Assembly (NCBI GenBank): GCA_963674745.2
Contig: CAXXDV010000003.1
Span: forward strand, 160,001 to 224,000
Source: Desulfosudaceae bacterium
Lineage (GTDB): Bacteria > Desulfobacterota > Desulfobacteria > Desulfobacterales > Desulfosudaceae
Reading direction: 5' to 3'
DNA length: 64,000 bases
Part shown: in pieces, positions 8,848 to 18,952 of the stretch
Layout: each line of letters starts with the position of its first letter
How positions within the stretch are numbered: the first letter of the stretch is position 1
The notes under the pieces: model-generated
What the model saw: only the letters and a program-made list of their open reading frames with translations
Database searches by the model: none
What the model was told of the DNA's origin: nothing
Translations under genes and position numbers: made by a program

Positions 8848-9762
8848 ATGTTTTCATTTTTGCCGCAAGTCGTGCGAGGTGTGCTGTCGATTTTACTTTA
8901 TGCGGTCAATACCATTTTTTGGTGTATACCGCTGTTTACCGTAGCGATTTTAAAGCTCTGCCTTCCTGTTGCCGCATTCCGAAGGCTTTGCAACCGTATA
9001 CTGGTCCATATCTCCTTTGCCTGGATTCGGTGTAATAACTTAAATCAGGATCTTTTTCACAAACTGGATATCGTTGTTGAAGGCGCCGATAATTTAAAGC
9101 CCGATGACTGGTACCTGGTCGTCAGCAACCATCAGACCTGGGTGGATATCCTTGTTCTGCAACGGGTTTTTTACCGTAAAATTCCGTTTCTCAAATTTTT
9201 TTTAAAAAAAGAACTGATCTGGGTGCCGGTTATGGGACTGGCCTGGTGGGCCCTTGATTTTCCGTTCATGAAGCGCTATTCCGGTGAGTTCCTCAAGAAG
9301 AATCCCCACCTTAAGGGTAAAGACATAGAGATCACCAAAAAGGCCTGTGAAAAATTTTCCGAAATGCCGGTATCGGTCATGAACTTCCTGGAAGGTACCC
9401 GTTTTACCGCGCACAAACACCAGTCCCAGCAATCGCCTTACGATCATCTGTTAAAACCCAAGGCCGGCGGAATCGCCTTTGTTCTGGCAGCCATGGGGCA
9501 GCATCTGAGCAGTATCGTTAATGTGAGCATTGTCTATCCTTCCGGGCCGAAAAGTTACTGGGATTTTATGTGCGGACGGGTCACCCATATACGGGTTCAT
9601 GTTGAGGTGCTTCCCATTACCGACCAGTTGATCGGTGATTATTTTGAAGACGAAGGATTCAGGGACGGGTTTCAGGAGTGGGTCAACCAGCTGTGGACGG
9701 CCAAAGACCAACGGTTGGCGGAAATGATTCGCGAACTGCCGGAGAATCTGCCCCCCAATTGA
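8848..9762 (+). CDS. PlsC-family acyltransferase (YihG-like)
   Basis: 'SNHQTWVDI' (HX4D), 'KFFLKKELIWVP', 'FPFMKR', 'FLEGTRFT', 'LLKPKAGG'. Confidence 0.9.
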   Translation: MFSFLPQVVRGVLSILLYAVNTIFWCIPLFTVAILKLCLPVAAFRRLCNRILVHISFAWIRCNNLNQDLFHKLDIVVEGADNLKPDDWYLVVSNHQTWVDILVLQRVFYRKIPFLKFFLKKELIWVPVMGLAWWALDFPFMKRYSGEFLKKNPHLKGKDIEITKKACEKFSEMPVSVMNFLEGTRFTAHKHQSQQSPYDHLLKPKAGGIAFVLAAMGQHLSSIVNVSIVYPSGPKSYWDFMCGRVTHIRVHVEVLPITDQLIGDYFEDEGFRDGFQEWVNQLWTAKDQRLAEMIRELPENLPPN

Positions 9763-9869
9763 TTCTGTGATGGCCGGCGATAACACCTGATTTCAATTTT
9801 CTGCCGCATTTTTTGAAGTTTGCGGGCTTTTTGCTGGAAGGATACACCGCCCGAATTGTTTCGGGGTGA

Positions 9870-10862
9870 TCATTTCACCCGGTAATACAGGCCTTTTGAG
9901 AGGCCCGGGGGACCTTCTGTGATTTCTCCCTTTTTCTCCAGATGTTCAAGCGTTAATCGGACCCACCCTTCGGCAAACAACCTTTTTTTAGCTTCAGCGC
10001 CGGTATACATGGCTTTTAAGAGCTGCTTGATAGAAATGCCCTTTTGGCCGGCTTTCCGGACTAAGGTTGAAATTTCCCGGGTGCGCTCCAGCCGGTGTTC
10101 GATCAGTTCCTTGACGCGGGGGCGGGGATCCGTAATGGGGCTTCCGTGGGCGCTTAAGATCAGGTCCAGTCTGGGCAGGGCCAGAACCTTTTCCATGGTC
10201 TGTATATAAGCCTCCAGATCAGAACGGGGAGGGCCGAGCCAGGTGGTTACCGAACGCATGATATTATCTCCGGAAAAGAGAATCCCTTTTTCCTGATGAT
10301 AGAGAAAGATGTGGTCGTCACAATGGCCGGGGGCGGGAAAAATCTGCCAGGTTTCGTTGTTTATCGATAATGTGTCTTTTTCATGAACAATTTCGTCGGG
10401 ATCAGTGGTGAAACGTGTCCCCAGCAGGGCGGGTTGTAAATATCTGAGCACAAAGGTGGTGGCCAGTCGCCCGATGACGCCGGCACCATCATTATTGTCG
10501 GCTGTTTTTTTATAGTAATATTTGCGGGAAGTCATGCTGGTGGCCATTTTTTCAGTCAGAAGCGTTTTGACACCGAACTTTTTTTTAAGATAGGGCAGTC
10601 CGGAAATATGATCGGGATGTGTGTGGCTTGGCAGCGCGCGGGTGATGTTGAACTTGCCGCCACGGGATGTTACCAGTGTTTTAATGCGGTCCATCTCTTT
10701 ACCGAGATGCGCCAGGATTTTTTTACGACCATACCCGGCGTCAAAGATCAGGCCGTCATCACCCGTAAGGACATAGAGGTTGACCGGCGGCATTAATGCC
10801 CCCATGGTGCCGGTTTCGGTGATCATGAAAATATCGGGGTAAATTTCTTCCATATGGACCAT
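9870..10862 (-). CDS. MBL-fold metallo-hydrolase with C-terminal winged-helix (LACTB2-like)
   Basis: 'SHTHPDHISG', 'APGHCDDH', 'LFSGD', 'SAHG'. Confidence 0.87.
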   Translation of the reverse strand: MVHMEEIYPDIFMITETGTMGALMPPVNLYVLTGDDGLIFDAGYGRKKILAHLGKEMDRIKTLVTSRGGKFNITRALPSHTHPDHISGLPYLKKKFGVKTLLTEKMATSMTSRKYYYKKTADNNDGAGVIGRLATTFVLRYLQPALLGTRFTTDPDEIVHEKDTLSINNETWQIFPAPGHCDDHIFLYHQEKGILFSGDNIMRSVTTWLGPPRSDLEAYIQTMEKVLALPRLDLILSAHGSPITDPRPRVKELIEHRLERTREISTLVRKAGQKGISIKQLLKAMYTGAEAKKRLFAEGWVRLTLEHLEKKGEITEGPPGLSKGLYYRVK

Positions 10863-11003
10863 TTATGTACCGGTGATTTTCTTTTTTGTAAATAGTCTTG
10901 CTATTGTGAACTTTTTTAGTTTAAAGTTGAACTTTGTATTGTGCACTTTATGGCGACCATATTTAAACAGAAATGTAATTAATTGTAAGTAAAGGAGTCT
11001 GAT

Positions 11004-12269
11004 ATGCGTGATGTCTATGTGATCGGTGTGGGGATGACCAAATTCGGGAAACATATGGACAGAAACATGAAATCCCTGGCTGCTGAAGCGACCCACCTGG
11101 CACTTGAACATGCCGGAATCACAAAAGAAAAAGTTCAGGCGGCGGTGGTCGGCAATGCCTATCAGGGACTGGCTACCGGTCAGGAATCCATTCGGGGTCA
11201 GGTGGTGCTGAGGGCCATGGGCATCGGTAATATCCCGGTGACCAACGTGGAAAACGCCTGCTGCTCTTCAGCTACGGCCCTGCAGGTGGCCTGGATGGAT
11301 GTCGCCCTGGGGCTGCATGACGTGGCCCTGGTGCTGGGTATGGAAAAGATGTTCCTGGAAGACCGGGCGGCACGGCTCAAACTTTATTCCTCCTCTGCCG
11401 ATGTGGAGGTCGTGGAGCAGATCGTGGCGGCCATGAAAGCCGATGCCGAAAGAAAGCGGAAAGAGGCCGAAGAAAAAGGCGAGGCCAAGGACGATAAAAA
11501 AGACGAAAAAAAGTCCAAGGGCGGCAGTGCCTTCATGGAAATATACGCCATGGGAACGCGGCTGCACATGGATAAATACGGCCTGACCCAGCGGCAGTTG
11601 GCCTGTGTCAGTTCGAAAAACCACAACCACAGCGTTCACAATCCGTTTGCCCAGTATCAGAAGCCGTTTACCGTGGAAGAGGTCCTGGCGGCGCCGCTGA
11701 TCGCTTATCCCCTGACCCTGCCCATGTGTTCACCGGTTGGTGACGGCGCGGCCGCCCTGATCATCTGTTCCAAAGATTACGTCAAAAAACTGGGCGTTTC
11801 AAAGCCGGTCAAGATTCTGGCCACGGTACTCGGCGGCGGCATGGACCGGGGCTTTGATGATCCGGACATCGGGGAACGGCTGGCCAAAGTCGCCTATGAA
11901 ACAGCCGGGGTCGGGCCTGAAGATATCGACGTGGCCGAATTCCATGACGCCACCGCTTTTGGGGAAGTGTTGCAGACCGAAGCGTTGGGCTTCTGCCCAC
12001 GGGGTGAGGGCGGTATTTTTGCCGAACAGGGGCATTCCACCATTGGCGGTAAACTGCCCATTAATCCTTCCGGCGGCCTGGAATCAAAGGGCCATCCCGT
12101 GGGCGCCACCGGTGCCGGTCAGATTGCGGAACTGGTCTGGCAGCTTCGGGGAGAGGCCGGTAAAAGACAGGTGGAAAATGCCCGCATCGCGCTGGCCGAA
12201 AACGGCGGCGGCAATATCGGCATCGAAGAAGCGGCCATGATGCTGACCATACTGCAAGCGGACTTTTAA
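11004..12269 (+). CDS. Thiolase family protein (SCP2/SCP-x type)
   Basis: 'VIGVGMTKFGK', 'NVENACCS', 'CSPVGDGAAA', 'EFHDA', 'INPSGGLESKGHPVGATG'. SD AAGGAG. Confidence 0.92.
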   Translation: MRDVYVIGVGMTKFGKHMDRNMKSLAAEATHLALEHAGITKEKVQAAVVGNAYQGLATGQESIRGQVVLRAMGIGNIPVTNVENACCSSATALQVAWMDVALGLHDVALVLGMEKMFLEDRAARLKLYSSSADVEVVEQIVAAMKADAERKRKEAEEKGEAKDDKKDEKKSKGGSAFMEIYAMGTRLHMDKYGLTQRQLACVSSKNHNHSVHNPFAQYQKPFTVEEVLAAPLIAYPLTLPMCSPVGDGAAALIICSKDYVKKLGVSKPVKILATVLGGGMDRGFDDPDIGERLAKVAYETAGVGPEDIDVAEFHDATAFGEVLQTEALGFCPRGEGGIFAEQGHSTIGGKLPINPSGGLESKGHPVGATGAGQIAELVWQLRGEAGKRQVENARIALAENGGGNIGIEEAAMMLTILQADF

Positions 12270-12275
12270 TAACTT

Positions 12276-12315
12276 GTGGTTATGTGGTTAAGTGTTTAGG
12301 TGGTTAAGGTGTTTC
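12276..12315 (+). repeat. Tandem octamer array, family 1 (GTGDTTAN)
   Basis: GTGGTTAT GTGGTTAA GTGTTTAG GTGGTTAA immediately after the thiolase stop. Confidence 0.8.
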
Positions 12316-12362
12316 GTTCCAGGTGTTAAGCGTCCTAACTGACGGTTATGGTGAGGTTTAAA

Positions 12363-12399
12363 CCCCTTGACCCTGGACCCCTTGAATCCTTGAACCCTT
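12363..12399 (+). repeat. Tandem octamer array, family 2 (TYGAMYCC)
   Basis: ccccttga-ccctgga-ccccttga-atccttga-accctt. Confidence 0.75.
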
Positions 12400-12445
12400 C
12401 ATCTATCCTTTGACGGGAGAAAGCTAAAAAAAGGATGTATTTCAT

Positions 12446-13963
12446 ATGGCAGACAACATTACGCCCGTCATCATCGGTGTCGGACAGATTACGGAAAAGG
12501 ATGTGCCGCCCGGGGCGGCGCGATCGCCTCTGCAGTTGATGTCGGATGCGGTGCGACTGGCGGCCGAAAATGCCGGTATTTCAGAAGGAAACCTGGCGGC
12601 CGCGGATCATGTCATGGTGACGACCCTGTTCACCGATGACGGCATGAGCAATCCGGCCGGCTGTCTGGCCGATGCGATCGGCGCGGGTCCGGCCGTTTGT
12701 ATCATGTCCGGTTTCGGCGGCACCTCGCCACAGGCCATGCTGGCCCATGCCGCCGGGTTGATCAACGACGGCAAGGCCGGGCTGGTGGTGCTGGCCGGAG
12801 CCGAAGCCCAGCGGACCAAGCTGGATGCCGGACGTCAGGGCGTGAAGCTGAACTGGGGCGCATCAACGGACCGGGACGACCCGGCACTGTTCTCATCGAT
12901 TGGTGCGGCCGACGGGGCCACTAACAGCGAGCACACTCACAGCTTGTCTGTTCCGGCTTACGTTTATCCGATGTTTGAAAACGCGCTGCGCCGTCATTAT
13001 AAACGTTCGCTTGATGACCATCGGCTCCAAGTGGGCCGGATGATGAGCCGGCTGTCCGCGGTTGCCGCGAAAAACCCAGATGCCTGGTTTCAGCAGGAAC
13101 GCACCGCTGAAGAAATCATCAGCGTTTCGGCGACCAATCGCAACACGGCTTTGCCCTATACCAAGCTGATGAATGCCATGCTCATGGTCAACCAGGCGGC
13201 CGCCGTGATTGTCACTTCTTCAGATAAAGCAAAGAAGATGGGCGTCTCGCCGGAAAAACCGGTATATATCCATGGCTACGGTGAGGCGACCGATCACTGG
13301 CATGTGCTGACCCGGGAGAATTATTGCAGTTCCCCGGCCATCCGGACGATAGCGGATAAAATATTCATTGACGCGGACTGCACGCTGGAGGATATCTCTT
13401 TTTTTGATCTATACAGTTGCTTCCCCTCCTCGGTTCAGATCACCCGGGACATGATCGGCCTGTCGGTCGATGACAAACGTGACCTGACAATAACCGGCGG
13501 GCTGCCGTATTTCGGCGGGCCGGGCAACAATTACGTCATGCACGCCATTGCCCGTATGGTTGAAAAACTGCGGGAGAATTCCGGCAGTAAAGGGCTGGTG
13601 ACCGGAAATTCTTTCTATATGTCAAAACATTGCGCCTGTATTTACAGCAGCATTCCCCTTGTCGGTGCGCCCTGGCGGGCAGATCTTGCCGGCTGTCAGC
13701 AGACGGTTGACAGCCGCCCACGGCCGGCGGTCGCGGATGATCCGACCGGTACCGGGCGGATCGAGACGTATACGGTGACATTCGGGCAGGACAATGAACC
13801 GGACACCGGCATCATTATCGGCCGTACCGACGACGGCCGGCGGTTCGCGGCCTATACGCCCAAGGACACGGAGCTGCTAAAATCCATGACAGTCGAGGAT
13901 TTTTTTGATATCAAAGGAACTGTCAGCCAGGAAGGTATGGTCAACACCTTTAAACCGGTTTAA
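12446..13963 (+). CDS. Acetyl-CoA acetyltransferase-like thiolase with C-terminal extra domain
   Basis: 'TPVIIGVGQ', 'GGTSPQ', 'YPMFENALR', 'VNQAAA', 'DLYSCFPSSVQ', 'TITGGLPYFGGPGNNY', 'IETYTV'. Confidence 0.88.
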   Translation: MADNITPVIIGVGQITEKDVPPGAARSPLQLMSDAVRLAAENAGISEGNLAAADHVMVTTLFTDDGMSNPAGCLADAIGAGPAVCIMSGFGGTSPQAMLAHAAGLINDGKAGLVVLAGAEAQRTKLDAGRQGVKLNWGASTDRDDPALFSSIGAADGATNSEHTHSLSVPAYVYPMFENALRRHYKRSLDDHRLQVGRMMSRLSAVAAKNPDAWFQQERTAEEIISVSATNRNTALPYTKLMNAMLMVNQAAAVIVTSSDKAKKMGVSPEKPVYIHGYGEATDHWHVLTRENYCSSPAIRTIADKIFIDADCTLEDISFFDLYSCFPSSVQITRDMIGLSVDDKRDLTITGGLPYFGGPGNNYVMHAIARMVEKLRENSGSKGLVTGNSFYMSKHCACIYSSIPLVGAPWRADLAGCQQTVDSRPRPAVADDPTGTGRIETYTVTFGQDNEPDTGIIIGRTDDGRRFAAYTPKDTELLKSMTVEDFFDIKGTVSQEGMVNTFKPV

Positions 13964-13973
13964 GCCGGTTTTT

Positions 13974-14013
13974 GATCACTTGACCCCTTGAACCCTCGAC
14001 CCCTTGAATCCTT
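13974..14013 (+). repeat. Tandem octamer array, family 2
   Basis: GATCAC TTGACCCC TTGAACCC TCGACCCC TTGAATCC TT. Confidence 0.8.
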
Positions 14014-14070
14014 TTGTCTTTGGTCTCCGGCTGGACGGTTGGAATCATCATTAGTTCAAAGGAGAAAGAT

Positions 14071-14895
14071 ATGCTTCGAGTGGGAATGTCCGGCATAGCC
14101 GTAATGCTGCTGCCCATGAGAGAGGCGATTTCCACCGCCGTTGATCTGGGGTACGACGCCTTTGAATTGTCCGGCGAATTCCCCCAGTGTTTGTGCGATG
14201 AGGTCAGCGAAGAAGAACGGCGCCTGACCAGGGAACTGGTAGAAACCTCCGGACTGTTTGTTTCCGTGCACGCCCCTTTTACCAGCCTGAATATCGCTGC
14301 CCTCAACCCGGGGGTGCGGGCAGAATCCATCCGTCAGGTCAAAGCGGCCATCGATCTTTGCGCGGATATCGGCGGCAGGCATGTGACTGTTCACAACGGT
14401 GAGTACATCCTCTCCAAGAATTTCAGAAAAAAGGTTCCCGAGATCGCTCAGATTCAGTGGGATTATAATATTGAATCCTTGAAATCAGTCGCGGATCACG
14501 GACAGAAACGGGGCGTCATTCTGTGCCTTGAAAATATCGGGTTTGAATCCAACTCCATTGACCGAACGGCAGATGACATGCTGACCATACGGGAAGTGGT
14601 GGACTCGCCGGCACTTTATTTCTGTATCGATATCGGGCACGCCCGGCTGAACAACGAACTGGAAGCCGTGATTGAAAAAATGGGGCCCCTGACCCGGCAC
14701 GTTCATTTTACCGATAACCTGGGCCAGGTGGACGACCACCTGATTATCGGCACCGGTAATTTTGACTATTCACCCTGTCTTGAATTTATCAACCAGTTTG
14801 ACGGTCCCGTCATTCTCGAAGTGGTCAAGGTCGGCACCGATCCGGAACCGGCCAGGAAAAGCCTGGCCTATTTTAAGTCTTTGATGGGGATGTAA
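14071..14895 (+). CDS. Sugar phosphate isomerase/epimerase (xylose-isomerase-like TIM barrel, AP_endonuc_2)
   Basis: 'SVHAPF', 'LCLEN', 'IDIGHA', 'HVHFTDN', 'DDHL', 'LE'. SD AAGGAG before ATG 14071. Confidence 0.85.
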   Translation: MLRVGMSGIAVMLLPMREAISTAVDLGYDAFELSGEFPQCLCDEVSEEERRLTRELVETSGLFVSVHAPFTSLNIAALNPGVRAESIRQVKAAIDLCADIGGRHVTVHNGEYILSKNFRKKVPEIAQIQWDYNIESLKSVADHGQKRGVILCLENIGFESNSIDRTADDMLTIREVVDSPALYFCIDIGHARLNNELEAVIEKMGPLTRHVHFTDNLGQVDDHLIIGTGNFDYSPCLEFINQFDGPVILEVVKVGTDPEPARKSLAYFKSLMGM

Positions 14896-16038
14896 ATGAC
14901 ACCTAATCGTTCAGACGACAGACAACGGGTAATGATTTTTGACGCGGACTATGAGGACGGTTCCGTGGTTGAGGCCGTTGAAGCCGCTTTTGACGCTTTT
15001 CCGCTGGATCTGGCCGGAAAAAAGGTGCTGGTCAAGCCCAATATTCTCGGCGGGCACACGCCGGAAAAGGCCGTGACCACTCATCCCGCCCTGGTTGGCG
15101 CCGTTGTCGCCCATCTGAAAAAAAACGGCGCGACGGTAATGGTGGGAGACAATTCCGGTGTGCACGGGTATGGCCGCTCCGACCAGGCCGCCCGGGTTTC
15201 GAAGATCCTGGAGGCCGCCGGGGACTGTTTTATCTCGCTGGGCAGAAAACCCGTCCGCCATGAGCTGGCGTCCCGGGACATCAGTCATGTCATGATTGCC
15301 GAAGATGTGCTGACGGCCGATATCGTTATTAATCTTCCCAAGTTGAAGACCCACGGCCTGACGTTTTATACCGGGGCCGTCAAAAATACGTTCGGTTACG
15401 TGGTCGGCGGCGATAAGATGCGGGTTCATGCCCGGGCCGTGACGCCGCGGCGATTTGCCGAAGCGCTGGTGGCTATTTACGCCATCCGCCCACCGGAACT
15501 GACCATCATGGACGCGGTCGAGGCCATGGAAGGGAACGGCCCGAGTAACGGAAAAGTGCGTCGGGTGGGCAAGGTACTGGCCGCGGACAATGCCGTCTGC
15601 CTTGACGCCACGGCGCTTCGTCTGGTCGGGAAAAAACCGGATATTGTTCCGCATCTTAAAATCGCCGCCGCCAGAGGGCTGGGAGCTATTGCCGCTTCGG
15701 AAATCCATGTTAATACGGATATTGTTCCGGTCAAAAATTTTGCCATGCCGGCCACATTCGTACCCGGCATAATGGGCATCGTGTTGAACCGTTTTCTGTC
15801 ACGCTGGATAAATTGTATTCCCGAGGTTGATGTCGCTGTCTGCAAACAGTGCGGCATCTGTGTGGCGCATTGTCCGGTGGGCGCCATGACCATGCCGCCG
15901 GAAGGATATCCGCGGGCGGATAAAGATATCTGCATCAGCTGTTATTGCTGCCAGGAAATGTGCCCCGAGGACGCGATTGTTTTACGGGGCCGTGTGATAC
16001 AGCGGCTGCGGCGTTCCATGTTTCATGAAGAAACATAA
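14896..16038 (+). CDS. DUF362 domain protein with C-terminal 2x[4Fe-4S] ferredoxin
   Basis: 'VLVKPNIL', 'TTHP', 'INLPKLKTH', 'TGAVKN', 'MEGNGP'. Two CxxCxxCxxxCP motifs. Confidence 0.9.
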   Translation: MTPNRSDDRQRVMIFDADYEDGSVVEAVEAAFDAFPLDLAGKKVLVKPNILGGHTPEKAVTTHPALVGAVVAHLKKNGATVMVGDNSGVHGYGRSDQAARVSKILEAAGDCFISLGRKPVRHELASRDISHVMIAEDVLTADIVINLPKLKTHGLTFYTGAVKNTFGYVVGGDKMRVHARAVTPRRFAEALVAIYAIRPPELTIMDAVEAMEGNGPSNGKVRRVGKVLAADNAVCLDATALRLVGKKPDIVPHLKIAAARGLGAIAASEIHVNTDIVPVKNFAMPATFVPGIMGIVLNRFLSRWINCIPEVDVAVCKQCGICVAHCPVGAMTMPPEGYPRADKDICISCYCCQEMCPEDAIVLRGRVIQRLRRSMFHEET

Positions 16039-16065
16039 CCGGGCGTTTAAAATCGGGTTGGATCT

Positions 16066-16608
16066 TTACCAGTTGAGCTTGAAAACCGTAGCCGGCGCGC
16101 CGGCCCATGAACGCTCCATGATTTCAGACCGTACCGGCTTTTGTATGACCAGTTGGATAACGCGTTCAATCCATCCCTGGGCCACGTAATACCAGGGTTC
16201 GAAATCTTTATCGAAATCCTTGACCGCCACCGTCATTTCGTTGTCCGAAATTATTGTCGCCTCCATGCGTCCGAAGTCAAACTGGTTTTTAAATATACGC
16301 TGGTATTCTTCTATAGCCGACTTGGCGTCTTTTTTCAGAAGGATACTTTTATAGATGGTTTTCACGGTTTCTTCTCCGTAAACCCTGCCCCAGTCCCTGA
16401 GCATATTGGGGTTGTTGTTGGCGGTCACGGTTGAGAGCGCCAGAAAGCAGTTTTTATACGTCTCAAAGGGGTACCAGCCGGAGGACAGGATCAGTTTGGA
16501 AATGACTTCCCGGTCTTTATCCGTGAGAAATTTGTCAAAAGAGCCTTTTTTATCCGACTTTATGGCTTTTACGAACATGATGAACATGGAACCTTTGACC
16601 TGACGCAT
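16066..16608 (-). CDS. Hypothetical protein, probably DUF2378/TIGR02265-like (HNOB/V4R-related fold)
   Basis: 'VKGSMF', 'ILSSGWYP', 'FDFG', 'GWIE', C-terminal W. Strong SD AAGGAGG. Family is recalled by pattern only. Confidence 0.6.
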   Translation of the reverse strand: MRQVKGSMFIMFVKAIKSDKKGSFDKFLTDKDREVISKLILSSGWYPFETYKNCFLALSTVTANNNPNMLRDWGRVYGEETVKTIYKSILLKKDAKSAIEEYQRIFKNQFDFGRMEATIISDNEMTVAVKDFDKDFEPWYYVAQGWIERVIQLVIQKPVRSEIMERSWAGAPATVFKLNW

Positions 16609-16713
16609 GATATCCCCTCCTTATCAATGAGTTTCATACTAAACTATAACAAAAAGAATCAGATACTCAATGTATAATTTTTTGGGAGAAAATGGCATTA
16701 CGCTTTTGCCCGG

Positions 16714-18948
16714 CTAAACGCTGTCGATCGCCAGGAAGGTATTTATTTCCCGCCAGAGACGGGTCGGATTTCCCGCCTGCTGACCGTCGATGCCCAGAAC
16801 AGGTACTGCTCCCATCAGCGAATTGGTCAGAATGATTTGCTCTGCTGCCAGGCACATTCCCATGGTGACAGGTGCCTGTATTGTGGTGTACCCCTGTCCG
16901 GCAAGAAAAGTGAGGGCCGCCTGCTGGGTAACGCCGGGCAAAACAGTCGGTGATTGGGGTACGGTAACCGTCCTGTCGCTTATCAGCAGAATGTTGGCGG
17001 TATTGGTTTCCGAGACGGTGTTGTCGGGATTCATGATGAGGGCCTCGTCAGCGCTGTTGGCGGCGGCCCATTGCCCCGCCAGATAATAATACAGGTAGTT
17101 CATGGTCTTGTGGCCGGCCGTGTCGATTTGGCGGGAATAAGGATAGACGGCCAGGTCCAGCCCCGGTTTTTTCAGCGCTGCCAGTCGATGGGTATAGGGC
17201 CGGGCCGTGACCACCAGGGTATGATCATAGGGCGGTTTTTGCCGGCTGCCATGGGCGGCCATGACTTTTACGGCCGCGGTTTGGTCAGTCAAACGGTTTT
17301 CTTTGAGCACCTGATCGATAACGGTCTTCCAGGTGATGTCCGGTGCAGGGGTGTTGAAAAGCGTCTGCCAGGAGGACGTAAACCGCTCCAGGTGCTCGGC
17401 CAGAAATTTCGGGTGGCCGTCATCGGCGCGGATCGTCTCAAACAGGCCGGCGCCGTACTGAAATCCCGGTGAGCCAAGGGGCAGGTCGATGTTTTTTTGA
17501 TTTGTCAATCGACCGTTGATCCAGAAACAGGTTTCGTCCTGATGCGTTGCGGCGCTGTTTCCCATTATGTCCAGCACGGTGGCGGCCTTGGCCAGGGTCT
17601 CCCGGTATTCATCGGCCGGATCGGAATCAAATACGATACCGCCGCCCGCTGAATAATAAATCCGGTTGTCACGTATAATGGCGGTTCTGATGGCGATGGA
17701 CAGGTCCATGGTGTCATGAAAGCTGATATACCCGATGGACCCGGTATAGATGTGACGCCGGCAGGGCTCCAGTTCGTCGATGATTTCCATGGATCGAATT
17801 TTGGGGCAACCGGTGATGGAGCCGCCGGGGAAAACCGCCTCGATAATATCCGCACCGTCCTTTTCCCTGGCCAGTTCGCCTTCGACGATGGACACCAGGT
17901 GAAAGACGTTATCATATGCTTCCAGGCGTTTATGGTCGGTCACACAGACACTGCCGCCCCGGCAGACCTTGCCCAGATCGTTGCGCAGCAGGTCGACGAT
18001 CATGGATAGTTCCGCCGTGTCTTTGTTGCTGGCCAGCAATTCGTCTTTGTTTTTTTTGTCCTGGTCGGGGGTGTCGCCCCTCGGCCGGGTGCCTTTGATG
18101 GGCCGGGTTTCAATCCGCTGGCCGGTCTGTTTGATAAACCGTTCCGGCGAGGTGGATACGATATGATGATTACCGGCATTAATGTAAGCAAAAAATGGGG
18201 CCGGGTTTTTCCGGAAAAGGTCAACAAACAATGAAAAAGCGTCGCCTGAAAAGTCCGCCTCGAAGCGCTGTGAAAGGTTGACCTGATAAACATCACCGGC
18301 GGTAATGTAGTCGATGATTTTCGCCACCGATGATTTGTATAAGGTTTCAGTAAAATTGGACGTTGGCCGGCCGACAGCATAAGTGCTTTTCGGAGACAGC
18401 TCTGAACGGGTGTTTTCCAGAAGGTCGTCGATTATCTTGTTTGCGTCACGGTCTGTATAGGCCGTTGCACAGGCCGTTGTTTTGTCTGCCTGGTTGTCAT
18501 GGACCAGGATCGATCGGGGGGCGACCAGGTACATGTCCGGCAATCCCAGGTCGTCGATTGATGTCCGGGGGAGAACTTCCAGGCTGTCCTTCAAATCGTA
18601 ACCCAGGTAACCGAACAGCCCGGCCGCTACCGGCAAAGGCAGGTTCGGATCATCTATATGAAAGCGGGACAGGATTTTTTTTACAGCCGTAAGGGGCGGA
18701 ATAGCGAAGGCCTCAGCCTGCTTATCTGTTTGAAGTGTCACCAGACCGTTTTTGGCGGTCACGGTCAGCATTGGAAAAAGCGCCAGCAGATGATAGCCGG
18801 CGCTGTCGGTTGATCCGCCGCCGGCCAGGAGCACGGTGCCCGGCTGGTGGGCGAAACGGGCGGCAAAATCAAGGAACGGTTCGTCCAGGTGAACAGACCG
18901 TGAAACGATTTTTTCCGGTACGGGCAGGCTTTTTAGAAATTGTTCCAT
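16714..18948 (-). CDS. pabB: Fused aminodeoxychorismate synthase component I / ADC lyase (PabB-PabC)
   Basis: Chorismate-binding motifs 'GDVYQVNLSQR', 'SPERF', 'TRPIKGTRPR', 'IVDLLRNDLG', 'FPGGSITGCPK', followed by class IV aminotransferase motifs 'YGAGLFETI', 'HKTMNY', 'SETNTAN', 'LPGVT', 'TNSLMG'. Confidence 0.9.
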   Translation of the reverse strand: MEQFLKSLPVPEKIVSRSVHLDEPFLDFAARFAHQPGTVLLAGGGSTDSAGYHLLALFPMLTVTAKNGLVTLQTDKQAEAFAIPPLTAVKKILSRFHIDDPNLPLPVAAGLFGYLGYDLKDSLEVLPRTSIDDLGLPDMYLVAPRSILVHDNQADKTTACATAYTDRDANKIIDDLLENTRSELSPKSTYAVGRPTSNFTETLYKSSVAKIIDYITAGDVYQVNLSQRFEADFSGDAFSLFVDLFRKNPAPFFAYINAGNHHIVSTSPERFIKQTGQRIETRPIKGTRPRGDTPDQDKKNKDELLASNKDTAELSMIVDLLRNDLGKVCRGGSVCVTDHKRLEAYDNVFHLVSIVEGELAREKDGADIIEAVFPGGSITGCPKIRSMEIIDELEPCRRHIYTGSIGYISFHDTMDLSIAIRTAIIRDNRIYYSAGGGIVFDSDPADEYRETLAKAATVLDIMGNSAATHQDETCFWINGRLTNQKNIDLPLGSPGFQYGAGLFETIRADDGHPKFLAEHLERFTSSWQTLFNTPAPDITWKTVIDQVLKENRLTDQTAAVKVMAAHGSRQKPPYDHTLVVTARPYTHRLAALKKPGLDLAVYPYSRQIDTAGHKTMNYLYYYLAGQWAAANSADEALIMNPDNTVSETNTANILLISDRTVTVPQSPTVLPGVTQQAALTFLAGQGYTTIQAPVTMGMCLAAEQIILTNSLMGAVPVLGIDGQQAGNPTRLWREINTFLAIDSV

Positions 18949-18952
18949 GGCC

